Below are positions 42,650 through 53,773 of a stretch of DNA of 64,000 bases, in pieces. Position numbers and translations under genes: made by a program. The stretch comes from Paragordius varius (taxonomy: Eukaryota > Animalia > Nematomorpha), in contig OZ176053.1 in assembly GCA_964247055.1 (NCBI GenBank), positions 3,410,001 to 3,474,000 on the forward strand. Reading direction: 5' to 3'. A model generated the notes under the pieces. It was given only the letters and a program-made list of their open reading frames with translations. It ran no database searches and was not told where the DNA came from. Position 1 is the stretch's first letter. The number at the start of each line of letters is the position of its first letter.

Positions 42650-44702
42650 AGGGTATAAAAAAATACAAACGTCCTTAAATGCTCATTTAAAATTAATTTT
42701 AGGATCTTGCAAATGTTTAACCCTATCAATTCTTCTAAGTATTTGATGCCAGAAAAAAATAAATGTTAAAAAATTAAAATTTAAATCACTGTGAAGTAAA
42801 ACGGATGCCTCACTTCTTGTTTCACTAGTATTTGAAGTATATTTACTTAAATCTTGTAATAGCTATATCAAATCATTTACTCCTTGAACAATGGCATTAA
42901 CAGCTTGAATTCTAGCACTCCATCGAAAGTATATATTTTTATACGGTCCCATCTAATAGTTAAACGTGAAAAAAGGATTATTTTGAATTATTACTAAACA
43001 GGTCACAACAATAACATGTTGTTTTGCTACCGTGACTCCTATCAAGGAATGATTGTGACAATTGACAAATATTGCTCTTTTTCCAGAATTCTTTGTTGAA
43101 CGCCTGAAATGTGACCCGATATCACAGCTGCATTATCATAGCATTGAGATCTACAATTTGATAACTGAATATTATCCATATTTAGATTTTCTAAAATTAC
43201 CTTTTCATTGACATTGCATCTTTGTTGAATAGAAAAAAAACCAAAAAGGATTCTTTTGTGACAACTTTCTATTTCTCATAATCAATAAAACATACCTGAC
43301 GAGCAATTCGTTCTCGGCGGGCTATAATAATACTTTTATATCATCAATCAATTCAGCTTTAACTCACATAGGATAAAGTGTTAGGAGATTCAAAGTTTCT
43401 CAGTGTTTTTCCATTATTGGGTCAAACTGAGCCACAAGTTTTAGTAAAGTTCAGGATTTGGTGCTGAGTCATCTAGATACATTAAACTTTCAACATGTCC
43501 TCAAAAAGAAAGATTTTGGGCGGTAAATCTTCCAGGCCAATATAAAATACGCCTTCTCTTTCCCGATTGTAAGCTTCAAGAGCAGAATCAATTCCTGTTT
43601 TATTTATCAATCTTCTTTCTGCCTCTTTCCAAGTAGTAAATGCTTTCCAAAATGTTTTCCAATTATTGAGGCTATTTTCATGATGGATTAATTTATCTTT
43701 TTTCCTTTATTTATTATAACCATGCGTAGTTATAAAAGATGATGGTAAAGAATTAGATCGATCAAAAAGTAGGCAACAAAAACAATACGAAGATCTGTTC
43801 TTTGGTGAATATAAAAGCCAAGAACTCTCAACTTCAAATCCTTCTTTTTTACCGTCCCGTCTAAAAAACCAAGGGCATGGAACGATGATTTTTTGTTTCA
43901 AAGAGATTGCATTCATTTTGAAATTCTTGGGATCCACTTAAAACTATTTCTGTGCGAAGTTGATTAAATATTACGAGAACATTATCATTAGTAAATTTTA
44001 AAAAGACGACATCACTAAACTCTATAGGTATAGCGCTTTTACTAATGGTATTTTTGTAGTTTTTTATCCTATTTATTAAATCAATAAGTTGCAGGTGTAT
44101 TTATGTTATTATTATTGAGGGGCACAGTTATGTTTGCGTCGCGTCCACTTTTTTCAATGTTATGGTCAGTTATTTCCGTTAAATAAGATTTCATACTCAT
44201 TCGCATTTTATTTGTTTAATTCTCTTCCTGGATTTTTCGTTTCCTCTTTGCGTAACCGCTGAGTTTCGGCATTAATATCTGAAGAAAATGTAAGTAATTA
44301 TAAAAAATACAAAAATCCTACCTTGTTAGAGATGGAATGATCTTGGGGATTTATATAAATAAAATTGGATATTGAAATAGAATATAATTAAAATAAAAAT
44401 GCAATTTTTAATTATAAGATTAGGTTTTGAACAAAGTTTTTTAGGCGAAAAAATAAGTTTGCACATGTTAAAGGGAATACCTACATGAAAGTTGTTTTTT
44501 GCATAATGTTTGCTCTTGATCTCATTTATATAATTTTTATATTATTTTAGGGATTTTTACGTGAATTGCTGAGAAATCTTACTTGAAAGTTGGTATTTAT
44601 TTTGCATAAAAATTTAATCAAAAAAATCATTTATGCGCCCCTAAATAACGGCGCCCGGGGCATGATGCACCCCCTTGCCCCCCCCCCCTCGGTACGCCCC
44701 TG
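42650..44702 (-). mobile_element. Decayed ZMYM1-like hAT transposon (TTF zinc finger plus DDE domain remnants)
   Basis: Contains WLLYSPKNRSSYCFCCLLF (TTF-type zinc finger) and CRSQCYDNAAVISGHISGVQQRI, with many stops and frameshifts. A GC-rich terminus reading CAGGGGCGTACC on the minus strand lies at 44702. Confidence 0.75.
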
Positions 44703-44949
44703 ATATATCAAGACATTGGTAACAAATAAATTTATTATATCAACATCTAGAAGTGCTAATTTTTATATCAAAAAGAAAATAAACAGTATAAATATAATAA
44801 TGCTTTGCTGATTAAATTATATCAATGTGTAAAAAAAGATAAAAATACATGGATATGGTACACTTATTGCAATTCGATAGTATGACTGTAACCTTTTTTA
44901 TCTAATAAAAATAAAAGAAATAAATATTTTTCATTGCATAATTAAATTT

Positions 44950-47139
44950 TTAATGGGATATTTGTTTTGTAATTTTTTTGCTTAATTTACAAATCTATAT
45001 CAATATTTGATACAACACATCTCAATTCATTCTCCAAGTTTTCATCAATTTATAAAGAACGTGAAAGAGATTTGTGTATTTCATTTTAGAAAAAAAACTT
45101 TCACAAAGATAAGTGGACCCAAAAGCACAAATTAATCTTTGTGCAAAAATTTTTAAATTAGGAAATTTATCAAACGTTATATATTTTTTATAAAATTTAA
45201 TTTTATTTGTGTGCCCAAATAATAATTTTAATTCATTATTGCTTTGCAAATCTAGTAATTCCATTTGTAAATTAATTGGAGCGTTGATAGCTTCAACGTA
45301 GAATGGACAACAAATTAACATATTTTGTCATATCCTCGTATCGATTATCAAAAGCTTTTGATAATATGTTAATTGATCTGCATTTTTTGAAAAATCGTTA
45401 GTTTTACCAGCTTTAAATTCATTCGATTCTGGAAAATGTTCAGCATCATTTTTTTAAATGGCATTCAAATAAAGTCAATTTTTTACAAAACGCTTTAATA
45501 TGGTTATTCGCATCAACAATTAAATTATCTTGCTTTTGCAAGGAATTAATTGATTTAGTTTTTCGTTAACATCTAAGGAAAAGCATAAATCTGACAACCA
45601 ATCTTCATTAGTTAATTCCTCTACCAAATAATTATTCTGCAATAGAAAAATATTTATTTCTTTTAATAAATAATAAAACCTTTTTAGACATTTCCCCAAC
45701 TAAGCCACCTTACATTTGAAAAAACATAAAATCTCCATATTCTGAATGAATTTCTACTAACTCCTTAAACTGTCTATGCTTCAAAGCATGAGATTTTATA
45801 AAATTAACTACTTTAATAACAACGGTCATAACATTGTGCATTGTCAGAGCATGTGCGCAATTTTCACGGTGAATCATGCAATGCATTATATATATATGGT
45901 CAATATTAATACCATCGGATTCCATCTTATTTAACAATATTTTCAAGGTTCCCTTGTTTTTTCCCATCATAACTGGGGCACCATCTGTTGTCAAACAAGA
46001 TAGCGCCCTCATATTTAATTTATTGTCCTCAATACATTTTAAAATTGCATGAATCATATCATCTCCCTTAATTGTATTTTTCATCGGAAGTACTAACATA
46101 TCTTCTGTTATATTAAAAAAATCATCTATTCGTCGAATAAAGACTACCAATTGTGATATGTCGCTTATATCTGTGCTTTCATCAAATGACAAGGAAAACG
46201 CCACAAAATTTTGAAATCTTTCTTTTAGGGAAAGTTAAATTTCTTCTGCGATGTCTGAAATTCGTCGACACATAGTATTACGCGAAAGACTTATACTGGA
46301 TATATATTTAACTTTATTAGGCAAAACACATTTTATACGCATTCCTTTGCAAACTCACCATCAGAATAAGGCTTCATTTTTTGGCGAGTAAATTGGCAAC
46401 AATGGTGAATTAAATTGTTGGTTGGAGATTATTAATATTTTTTAAAGATTCTAATTTTATTATTTCATTTCTGTAGTCATATTAATAAAATCCAAATGCA
46501 TGGTATTGGCATGTCTTTTTAAATTATGGTCGCGAAACCCGTTTGTCGTAAATTTGCAAATAAGGCACTCCGCTTTGTTGAAAATTTGAGTACATCCATA
46601 TTTTAATTCCCAGTCGGGATTGTATTTTCTAGTTACTTTTTTATTTATGCATATTAAAAGCTAAATAAATTATTTTAAATACCTATTTTTTGCAAGTAAT
46701 TTAATGTTTCAATGGACCCAAATTATAATTCCCAGTATTGGTGTACAAAAGCTAAATAAATTATTTTAAATACCTGTTTTTTGCAAGTATTTCAATGTTT
46801 CAATAGACCCACATTATAATTCCCAGTATTGGTAAGAAAGCTAAATTTATTTTAAATGCCTATTTTTTGCAAGTAATTTAATGTGGAAGTTATCATCTTG
46901 AAGTTGGAAATAACATGCAGCAAAAAATGTGTTTTATAAATGATTAAATGAATGCGATGATGGATATTATAATAAAGAATTTTAAAAGGCTCTAAAAATA
47001 ATTTAAATCTCAAAATAAAAATGCATAATTTACATATAAATTTTTTTTAAAAAAATTAGAAATTTTTTTCAAAATTTTCAAAGAGCCACTCTTTCAATGA
47101 GCCACTAGCGGCTCGCGAGTACCCTGTTGGACACCCCCG
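44950..47139 (-). mobile_element. Decayed GTF2IRD2/SPIN-like (Buster-family) hAT transposon
   Basis: Contains FSLSFDESTDISDISQLVVFIR, LTTDGAPVMMG, HCMIHRE and FGSTYLCESFFSKMK. The terminus GAGCCACTAGCGGCTCGCGAGTACCCTGTTGGACACCCCCG ends at 47139. An internal ~90-bp tandem triplication lies at about 46650-46880. Confidence 0.85.
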
Positions 47140-47865
47140 ATCTAAGGCTTTTATGATACTTTTTTGCGACTACAGACTAATGACATGATTGGCTTAAATT
47201 TTGGATATAAATGTTGCCATAGACAGATAAGTGTACGTTCAAAAAATTATCAAAAATTATGAGCCATCTAATTAATGGTGAGTTACACTAATACGTATCT
47301 GTTAAATCATATAAAAGTGTCGAACACGCGGTTCGCGAAAAGTTTGGAAATTCATAATTTGCAAAAAGCTAACAAAATCTTAATAAAAATTTTTTTTAAA
47401 CAATTTTTCTAAATAAGAATGCACATCTATTTTCATAATTAAACATAAAAAATAGTTAATGTGGGTTTAAATTTTTGAGCACCCTTTTAAAAATCATATG
47501 GATTAAATGTTAAAGTTTATAATATTTAAATGGCATAATTTAAAATAAATTCCTATTTTTCTTAAAGGCTGATTATTTTCCTAATAGGGACTATATTTTA
47601 GATACCGATGTGTTTACCTTTTTGCTTATAAGTATAAAATCTTAATTGAGTGTTTAAATTTTAGCAAATGCATCATCAAATTGAGATAAACTTTATCACT
47701 TTTTATATATGCTTATAAGCCCATATTTTATATGACAACAATCATTTTATAAAGTATCATACTGCTTAAGCCTATAATTAAATTCTATTTAGCAACAATC
47801 ACTTTTTAAAATTCTCGCATTGCTATTTTACAAAAATATTTTTAAAACTTTTATTATCAAAATTT

Positions 47866-49797
47866 ATGAAATTTTTTGCAAGGATATTCAATTTGAAAAC
47901 GACGAGTTGTGGTGAAACCCAAGAGAAGGGAAAGGGTATGCATATATATCAATTCTTTTCCAAAATTCAGCAAATTAATGAGAAAATTTATCAAAGATAT
48001 TTCTTTAAATACAACTAACCTTTTTTCATAATGAAAAATAAAATAATTCAAAATTTTAAAATTTTAGATTGATGTTTCAACATAATTTATAACACAGATT
48101 AGTTGGAATTGGAAGTTTAATGATTTACTGTTACAAATTAAAATTATATTTATGTTTAATATTAAGTAGTATTGGTAGATTAGATTCTGATTGGCTTATT
48201 TCTTTTGTTAAAATTTGGCTTAATATTTATTGACCACAATATAAGTTTAAAGTTAAATGATGGCAATAATCATTTTATATATATTTTAAATACTAACATT
48301 GACCGAAATTCAGTTATTTATATTACTTTAAAATTCCCAAGTCGGTTTTCATTTTATTTATAACCATAAAGTAAAAATGTTAAATTTTACAGGCTGGAGA
48401 AGATATCTGTGCTGCATATCTTCTTGCTGTTTTAAGAAAAAGAACAAAGGGGAAAGATTGGAAAGTAATCCTGAGGTACCTTCGGAGCCAAGTGAGATTT
48501 TGAAATCTAATATTATCAACAACATATTACCATACACTAAAATAAGCTAAATATTTTATAAAATACAAATGTTTATATATAAATAGAACCAAAAAAGAGT
48601 GTCACTTTCAGTGAAGTCAATCAATACCATTCATGGACTCCGGTCAGTCCTGTCTCTTCTCCATGTAAAATACCAAAATTATTAATCAACATTTTTTACA
48701 GCTCATTTTGTATAGTTTTTAATAAAATTTTATATCTTTAAGATACTTTTCCCGAAGTGGAGGAAATTTATGAAAAACTTCTAAATAATAAAGATGACCA
48801 AGTTGAAAATGAAGATGATTGGGAGTCGATATCTTCAGGTAAAATTATCGGACATAATGTGAACACAAATATTTTTTCGAAAGACAATCATATTTTTAAA
48901 ATCTTGATTTTAATTGAAATAGCTCATCATTTTTATTTAGATTATTCTTAAAGTTTAAATTTGCAATTGATATAAATTGTGCCAAAACTCATAAGGTTGT
49001 AAATAATATAATTTAATTTTTTTAGATTCTTTTTCCGAAGTGGAGGAAATTTATGCGAAACTTTTTGCTGACGATGGTGAAGATGATCTGAAGTCGATAT
49101 CTTCAGGTTTTTTTATTTTTATTGAGTATTAAGAGGATTTTTAAATGTTAGCATTCGCTGGTTATGATCTAATACAAAATATGTCTAAATTTATATAAAT
49201 TGATATAAAAATAATAAATACCGTTGAAAGCTTATATTATAAGAAATTAATCTGTGTTGATAATTTTAAAAATATATTTTACTGTAAAAAGTCTAAATAA
49301 GATATGTGAAAAATATATCCTTTTGTCGATAAAATCTTGATGGAAAAATGTATAAGATTTAGGCTCAAAGTGTTGGGAATTAGGCGTTATTTAAGTATAA
49401 CAACCTATTATCATAATTCCGAAATCGCAAATTTCGCCCATATAATTTTAATAATATTTCTCCAGTTAATTATTCTAAAATTTATAAAAATATATGCATT
49501 ATTTACGTATAAGCTTAACAGCCTCACATTTTAAAACCCGTAAAATGGATTAGCGCTTTCTAAAACACAAAAAAACCGGGATTGTGCGATAAATAATTTT
49601 AATACTATTTTGAAGTGATTGATCTAACACTAAACTTAAACTCTTTTCTCTAATCAATTTTCTATTCAACTATGAGGTGTTACTTATTTATACCATTAAC
49701 ATTTTTAGAAAAAACTGTGGAGAAACCATTGAAAGAGTATAATGAATATGAAGTTGTGGATTGGAGTTATCTTTCTCCGAGGAATGAGGCGGATTGA
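47866..49797 (+). CDS. Unassigned small-protein family, copy 3 (6 exons, 170 aa)
   Basis: Exons 47866-47935, 48393-48491, 48587-48664, 48743-48838, 49026-49106 and 49709-49797, the same lengths as copy 2, with an open frame. Reads MKFFARIFNLKTTSCGETQEKGKGWRRYLCCISSCCFKKKNKGERLESNPEVPSEPKPKKSVTFSEVNQYHSWTPVSPVSSP...VVDWSYLSPRNEAD*. Confidence 0.85.
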
Positions 49798-49879
49798 TGA
49801 TTCGCGGAACACAAAAAAATCTTCAACAATGTTTAATTTTATTTTTAATATTTTTTCGATATCTTATTACTTGTTTCAT

Positions 49880-51320
49880 CGTTTATTATACATTTTGGAT
49901 TTTTTATGCATTTTATTCCTTTACTAATTTTGATTCATTCTACTTCTTTATTCCTTTATAACTAAACTTTCCAACATCTACCTACACCTCAAACAAATTA
50001 AACCTATCTATACACTCTTCACATCCAATTACATTTATCTTTTTACATTACATCACACACTTTTATAAAACACTTTTGGATTCTTTATTTTTATATTGGA
50101 TTTGGATTCTTTACTTTTTATGACATTTTTTGATTTTTGGATCGTCACATCTCATACTCAAACCCCTTATCTCACACTCATTCAAACTCTCCACCATACT
50201 TCTCATCTACACATCATTACACCCATAATCACACTATTCATCCTTTGTATATTCTAATTTTTATACATTTGGATTCTTTAAATACTTACATCCCACACCT
50301 ACCTACACTTCAAACAAATCAAACCTATCTACACACGCTTCACATCCAAACACATTTATCTTTTTACATTACATCACACTCATCTTTTATATAACATTTT
50401 TGGATTCTTTATTTTTATATTGGATTTGGATTCTTTACTTTTTATGCATTTTTTGATTTTTGGATATCTCATACTCATTCAAACTGTCCACCATACATCT
50501 CATCTACACATCATTACACCATATTCACACTATTCATCATTTATATATTCTATTTTGAATACATTTGGATTCTTTAAACTACTTACATCCCACACCTACC
50601 TACACTTACAAATCAAACCTATCTACTCACTCCTTACATCCAATCACAATTATCTCTTTAAATTATATCATTCTCATCTTTTAACTAACACTTTTGGGGA
50701 TTATTTATTTTTATATTGGATTTGGATTCTTTACCTTTTATGTCATGTTTTTGATTTTTGGATACCTCAAACACAACCCTTTTTCTTTAACTACATATCA
50801 CTTCACACTCATCTCTACACTCTCAACCCTTACACATGTCAACATCAACATATTACCTTTTATCCACATCATTTGTATATTCTTTATCATACAATTGGAT
50901 TCTATATATTTTCATCATTTTTTGGAACATCATTTTTTATGACATTTGGATTTTGGATTATTTTTTATTTTTTGGATTTGGATTTTTTTACCTCATATTC
51001 AACCTCCCATCCTTTATCCTTCACTCAAATACTTAACAAACTCACATGCACTCATCTTTATTACAACATTACCTACTCAACTCAAACTTCTCATATATCT
51101 ATATTATCATTGCTTTTATATAAAAAAATTTGGATTTATTTTTTATTAAATCTTGAATTACTTTTTTGTTTGATGAATTTGTTCCATATACGTCTCACTC
51201 TCTAACCCTCAAACCTCAAACTCACATACACACACGCAAACACATTTACCATCAAACCTCCTTTTATTCAACGCCATACTTTATATCATAACTCATCCCA
51301 TACTACATATTAAATTGTTA
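49880..51320 (+). repeat. Strand-asymmetric tandem macro-repeat 3' of copy 3 (about one unit longer than in copy 2)
   Basis: Same alternating C/A-rich and TTGGATT-rich blocks as 39530-40640. Confidence 0.85.
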
Positions 51321-51658
51321 ATGTTTTGTTAATGTTTACTTTTATTTATGACAAATAGTTAATATAAATTATAAAGGATATATTTATTTATTTAGTATAA
51401 CATCAAAACTGAATAATATAATATAATGTGTTCTGTGTGTTACAATGATTCCTTATATACATTAGGAAATTTGGTTATTGCATTCACAAGGATAATGGTT
51501 TAAACGTTGTTAAAGATAATAAGTATAAATAAAATAATTTGCATTCACAACCAAGGTAATATATATTTTTAACGTAACAAGGACCAAAGTGTATTATGCA
51601 CTAAAAAAGAGAAGGATAATTTGCGTATGATGATAACCCTTTTAACATACCTTCTTCC

Positions 51659-53773
51659 TTAAGCTTGATATCGGTCGGGTGGCTTTCGGGATCTAATCGG
51701 GTACCGGCGAGTTGTGGTAGGAGAAGTGTCACTTGTTTGCACAGGAGTATTCTCACTTGAAGGCGCACTTTCTGATTTCGGATTCTCCTGGATGTTTTCA
51801 GGGGTTCTTATTTCATGTTCCGTGGGATGTTTTCGGAGGTTATTATCATTGTTGTTTAAGTTGTTGGTTAAGTTTTTAGTCTTTTCCTCACTGTTATTAT
51901 CATTGTTGTTTAAGTTTTTAGTCTTTTCCTCACTTCTCCCTTCTTCTCCTTCGGCCGACCAATCCATGCGATTCCTTAATTGATCAGCATGTTTGCGGAT
52001 GATTTTGCCATTGTCGTTGACATTGTACGATAACCATCCCGTTCTGTCGACGATTTGTCCCTCCCTCCAACCAGAACACAATTCATTCTTGATATATACT
52101 TTTTGCCCCTTTTCAAACTCCTGCGGAATGTCGGGAGTATCCATGAACTCGTTGGGTTTCGTTTTCATCCATGTTAATGGGCTTTGCATAGTTCTTTTTA
52201 AAAACAAATGCGCGGGAGTCTCCTTCGTAGAACTGTGATGCGTGTTTCGGTAAGCCCATAAGATTTGGTTTAATCTTCGTACTGGGTCTGCGGAAAGGTC
52301 TGCGGAAAGTGGGGTTGACATCGAATAATGATTTTTTAGAGTGTAAATTACCCTCTCTACCAACCCATTTGTTCGGGGGTGGTAGGGAGCTGATGTTACG
52401 TGTTTTATATTAGAGGAAGCTAAAGTTCTCTCAAACTCCCCCGATTTAAAATAAGAGCCGTTATCAGTAACCACCATTTTTGGGTACCCATACCGGCAAA
52501 AACAGGTTTCCAAAAACTTAAGGATATTACCGGTATTCACAGAACGTAACGTTTCTACCTCCACCCAGCGGGTGCAATGATCAATTAGTACCACCCAGTA
52601 TAAATTGTCAATGGGTCCAGCGATATCTAGGTGGAGCCGTTCCCATATGGTTGTATTCTCGTTCCATTGATAGGTGGGATTTTCGGGTATATTTGGGCGC
52701 AGCCTTTGACAATTTTGGCAACTACGCACCCATTTATCGATATCTTGGCTCAACCCGGGCCAATAAACCTTTTCACGGCTTAATAGTTTCATGGCTTGTA
52801 TTCCCGGATGGCCACTATGCAGGTATCTTAAAATATCTGGCTTAATTTTGTTCGGGATTATTACCCGATCTCCCACAAATAATAGACCGTATGCATCCTC
52901 AATTTCATTTTTTATTGCTATGAAAGGCTTGACCAGGGGGTCCGTCCAATTATTAGACCTTAGGGCTACTTTTAACTTTGCTATAGTAGGATCCTTCATA
53001 GACTCTTGATAGATAATTTCTCTATTTAAATTTAATTCGTTGGACCAAATCAAATGAACATTGCTACTTTCATCATCTTTCTCAAACGCCATCGGCTCCT
53101 GGTTTTCAATGGGGAGTCTCGATAGGCAGTCAGCTATGTTTTCTGTACCAGGGTGATATTCTATGTTGAAATCGAATACCGATGTTCTAGTTATCCAGCG
53201 TACTAGTTTACAATTATTAATTTTACTTAGATCTCTTTGAGGCCCAAATAGTTTCACTAGAGGTTTGTGGTCCGTTTGTATTATAAATTTCCTGCCATAC
53301 AAAAAGGTTTTAAACTTCTCTAACGCTATTAGGATAGATTTTGCTTCTCGCTCAATTACTGAATAGTTTCCTTCAGCCTGAGAGCATTTTTTTGACGTGT
53401 AGGCGATCGGGCGATTACCCGCTGTTGTTCTATGTGATAAAATAGCACCGTATCCCGACATTGACGCGTCGGTTTCCAAGACTATAGGTAGTTTGGGATT
53501 ATACGGATGCAAGGAACTACTCTGGCAGATCAAGTCTTTAGCTTTTTTGAATATCGAATCATGCGTTAGCGTCCAACACCATTTTTGTTTGTTACCTGCT
53601 AATTTATGTAGTTCTCCCATTAAAATGCTTAGAAGGGATGAATTTTGCATGAAAATTAAGTAAACCCAAAAATGATCTAAGAGTGGTTTTGTTGGTCGGG
53701 GTCGGGCACTCTTGGATGGCTTTAATTTTGTTTGGGGAGGGCTTAATGCAATTTTCAGAAATAATGTGACCAA
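51659..53773 (-). CDS. Gypsy pol, second part: RNase H and integrase (frameshifted from the upstream ORF)
   Basis: LETDASMSGYGAIL, DHKPL, integrase zinc finger HSGHPG..CQNC, core WERLHLDIAGP/VTDNG/NGLVER. The homologous frame starts near 53635. Confidence 0.9.
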   Translation of the reverse strand: MVTLFLKIALSPPQTKLKPSKSARPRPTKPLLDHFWVYLIFMQNSSLLSILMGELHKLAGNKQKWCWTLTHDSIFKKAKDLICQSSSLHPYNPKLPIVLETDASMSGYGAILSHRTTAGNRPIAYTSKKCSQAEGNYSVIEREAKSILIALEKFKTFLYGRKFIIQTDHKPLVKLFGPQRDLSKINNCKLVRWITRTSVFDFNIEYHPGTENIADCLSRLPIENQEPMAFEKDDESSNVHLIWSNELNLNREIIYQESMKDPTIAKLKVALRSNNWTDPLVKPFIAIKNEIEDAYGLLFVGDRVIIPNKIKPDILRYLHSGHPGIQAMKLLSREKVYWPGLSQDIDKWVRSCQNCQRLRPNIPENPTYQWNENTTIWERLHLDIAGPIDNLYWVVLIDHCTRWVEVETLRSVNTGNILKFLETCFCRYGYPKMVVTDNGSYFKSGEFERTLASSNIKHVTSAPYHPRTNGLVERVIYTLKNHYSMSTPLSADLSADPVRRLNQILWAYRNTHHSSTKETPAHLFLKRTMQSPLTWMKTKPNEFMDTPDIPQEFEKGQKVYIKNELCSGWREGQIVDRTGWLSYNVNDNGKIIRKHADQLRNRMDWSAEGEEGRSEEKTKNLNNNDNNSEEKTKNLTNNLNNNDNNLRKHPTEHEIRTPENIQENPKSESAPSSENTPVQTSDTSPTTTRRYPIRSRKPPDRYQA

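Noticed and set aside
50420-51205. 261-aa ORF and the other His/Leu/Ile/Phe-rich ORFs at 38684-39128, 39564-40706 and 50137-51205
   Set aside because: They arise from the G-poor repeat, where TAG and TGA are rare. Frames are not conserved between paralogous arrays and no domain is recognisable.
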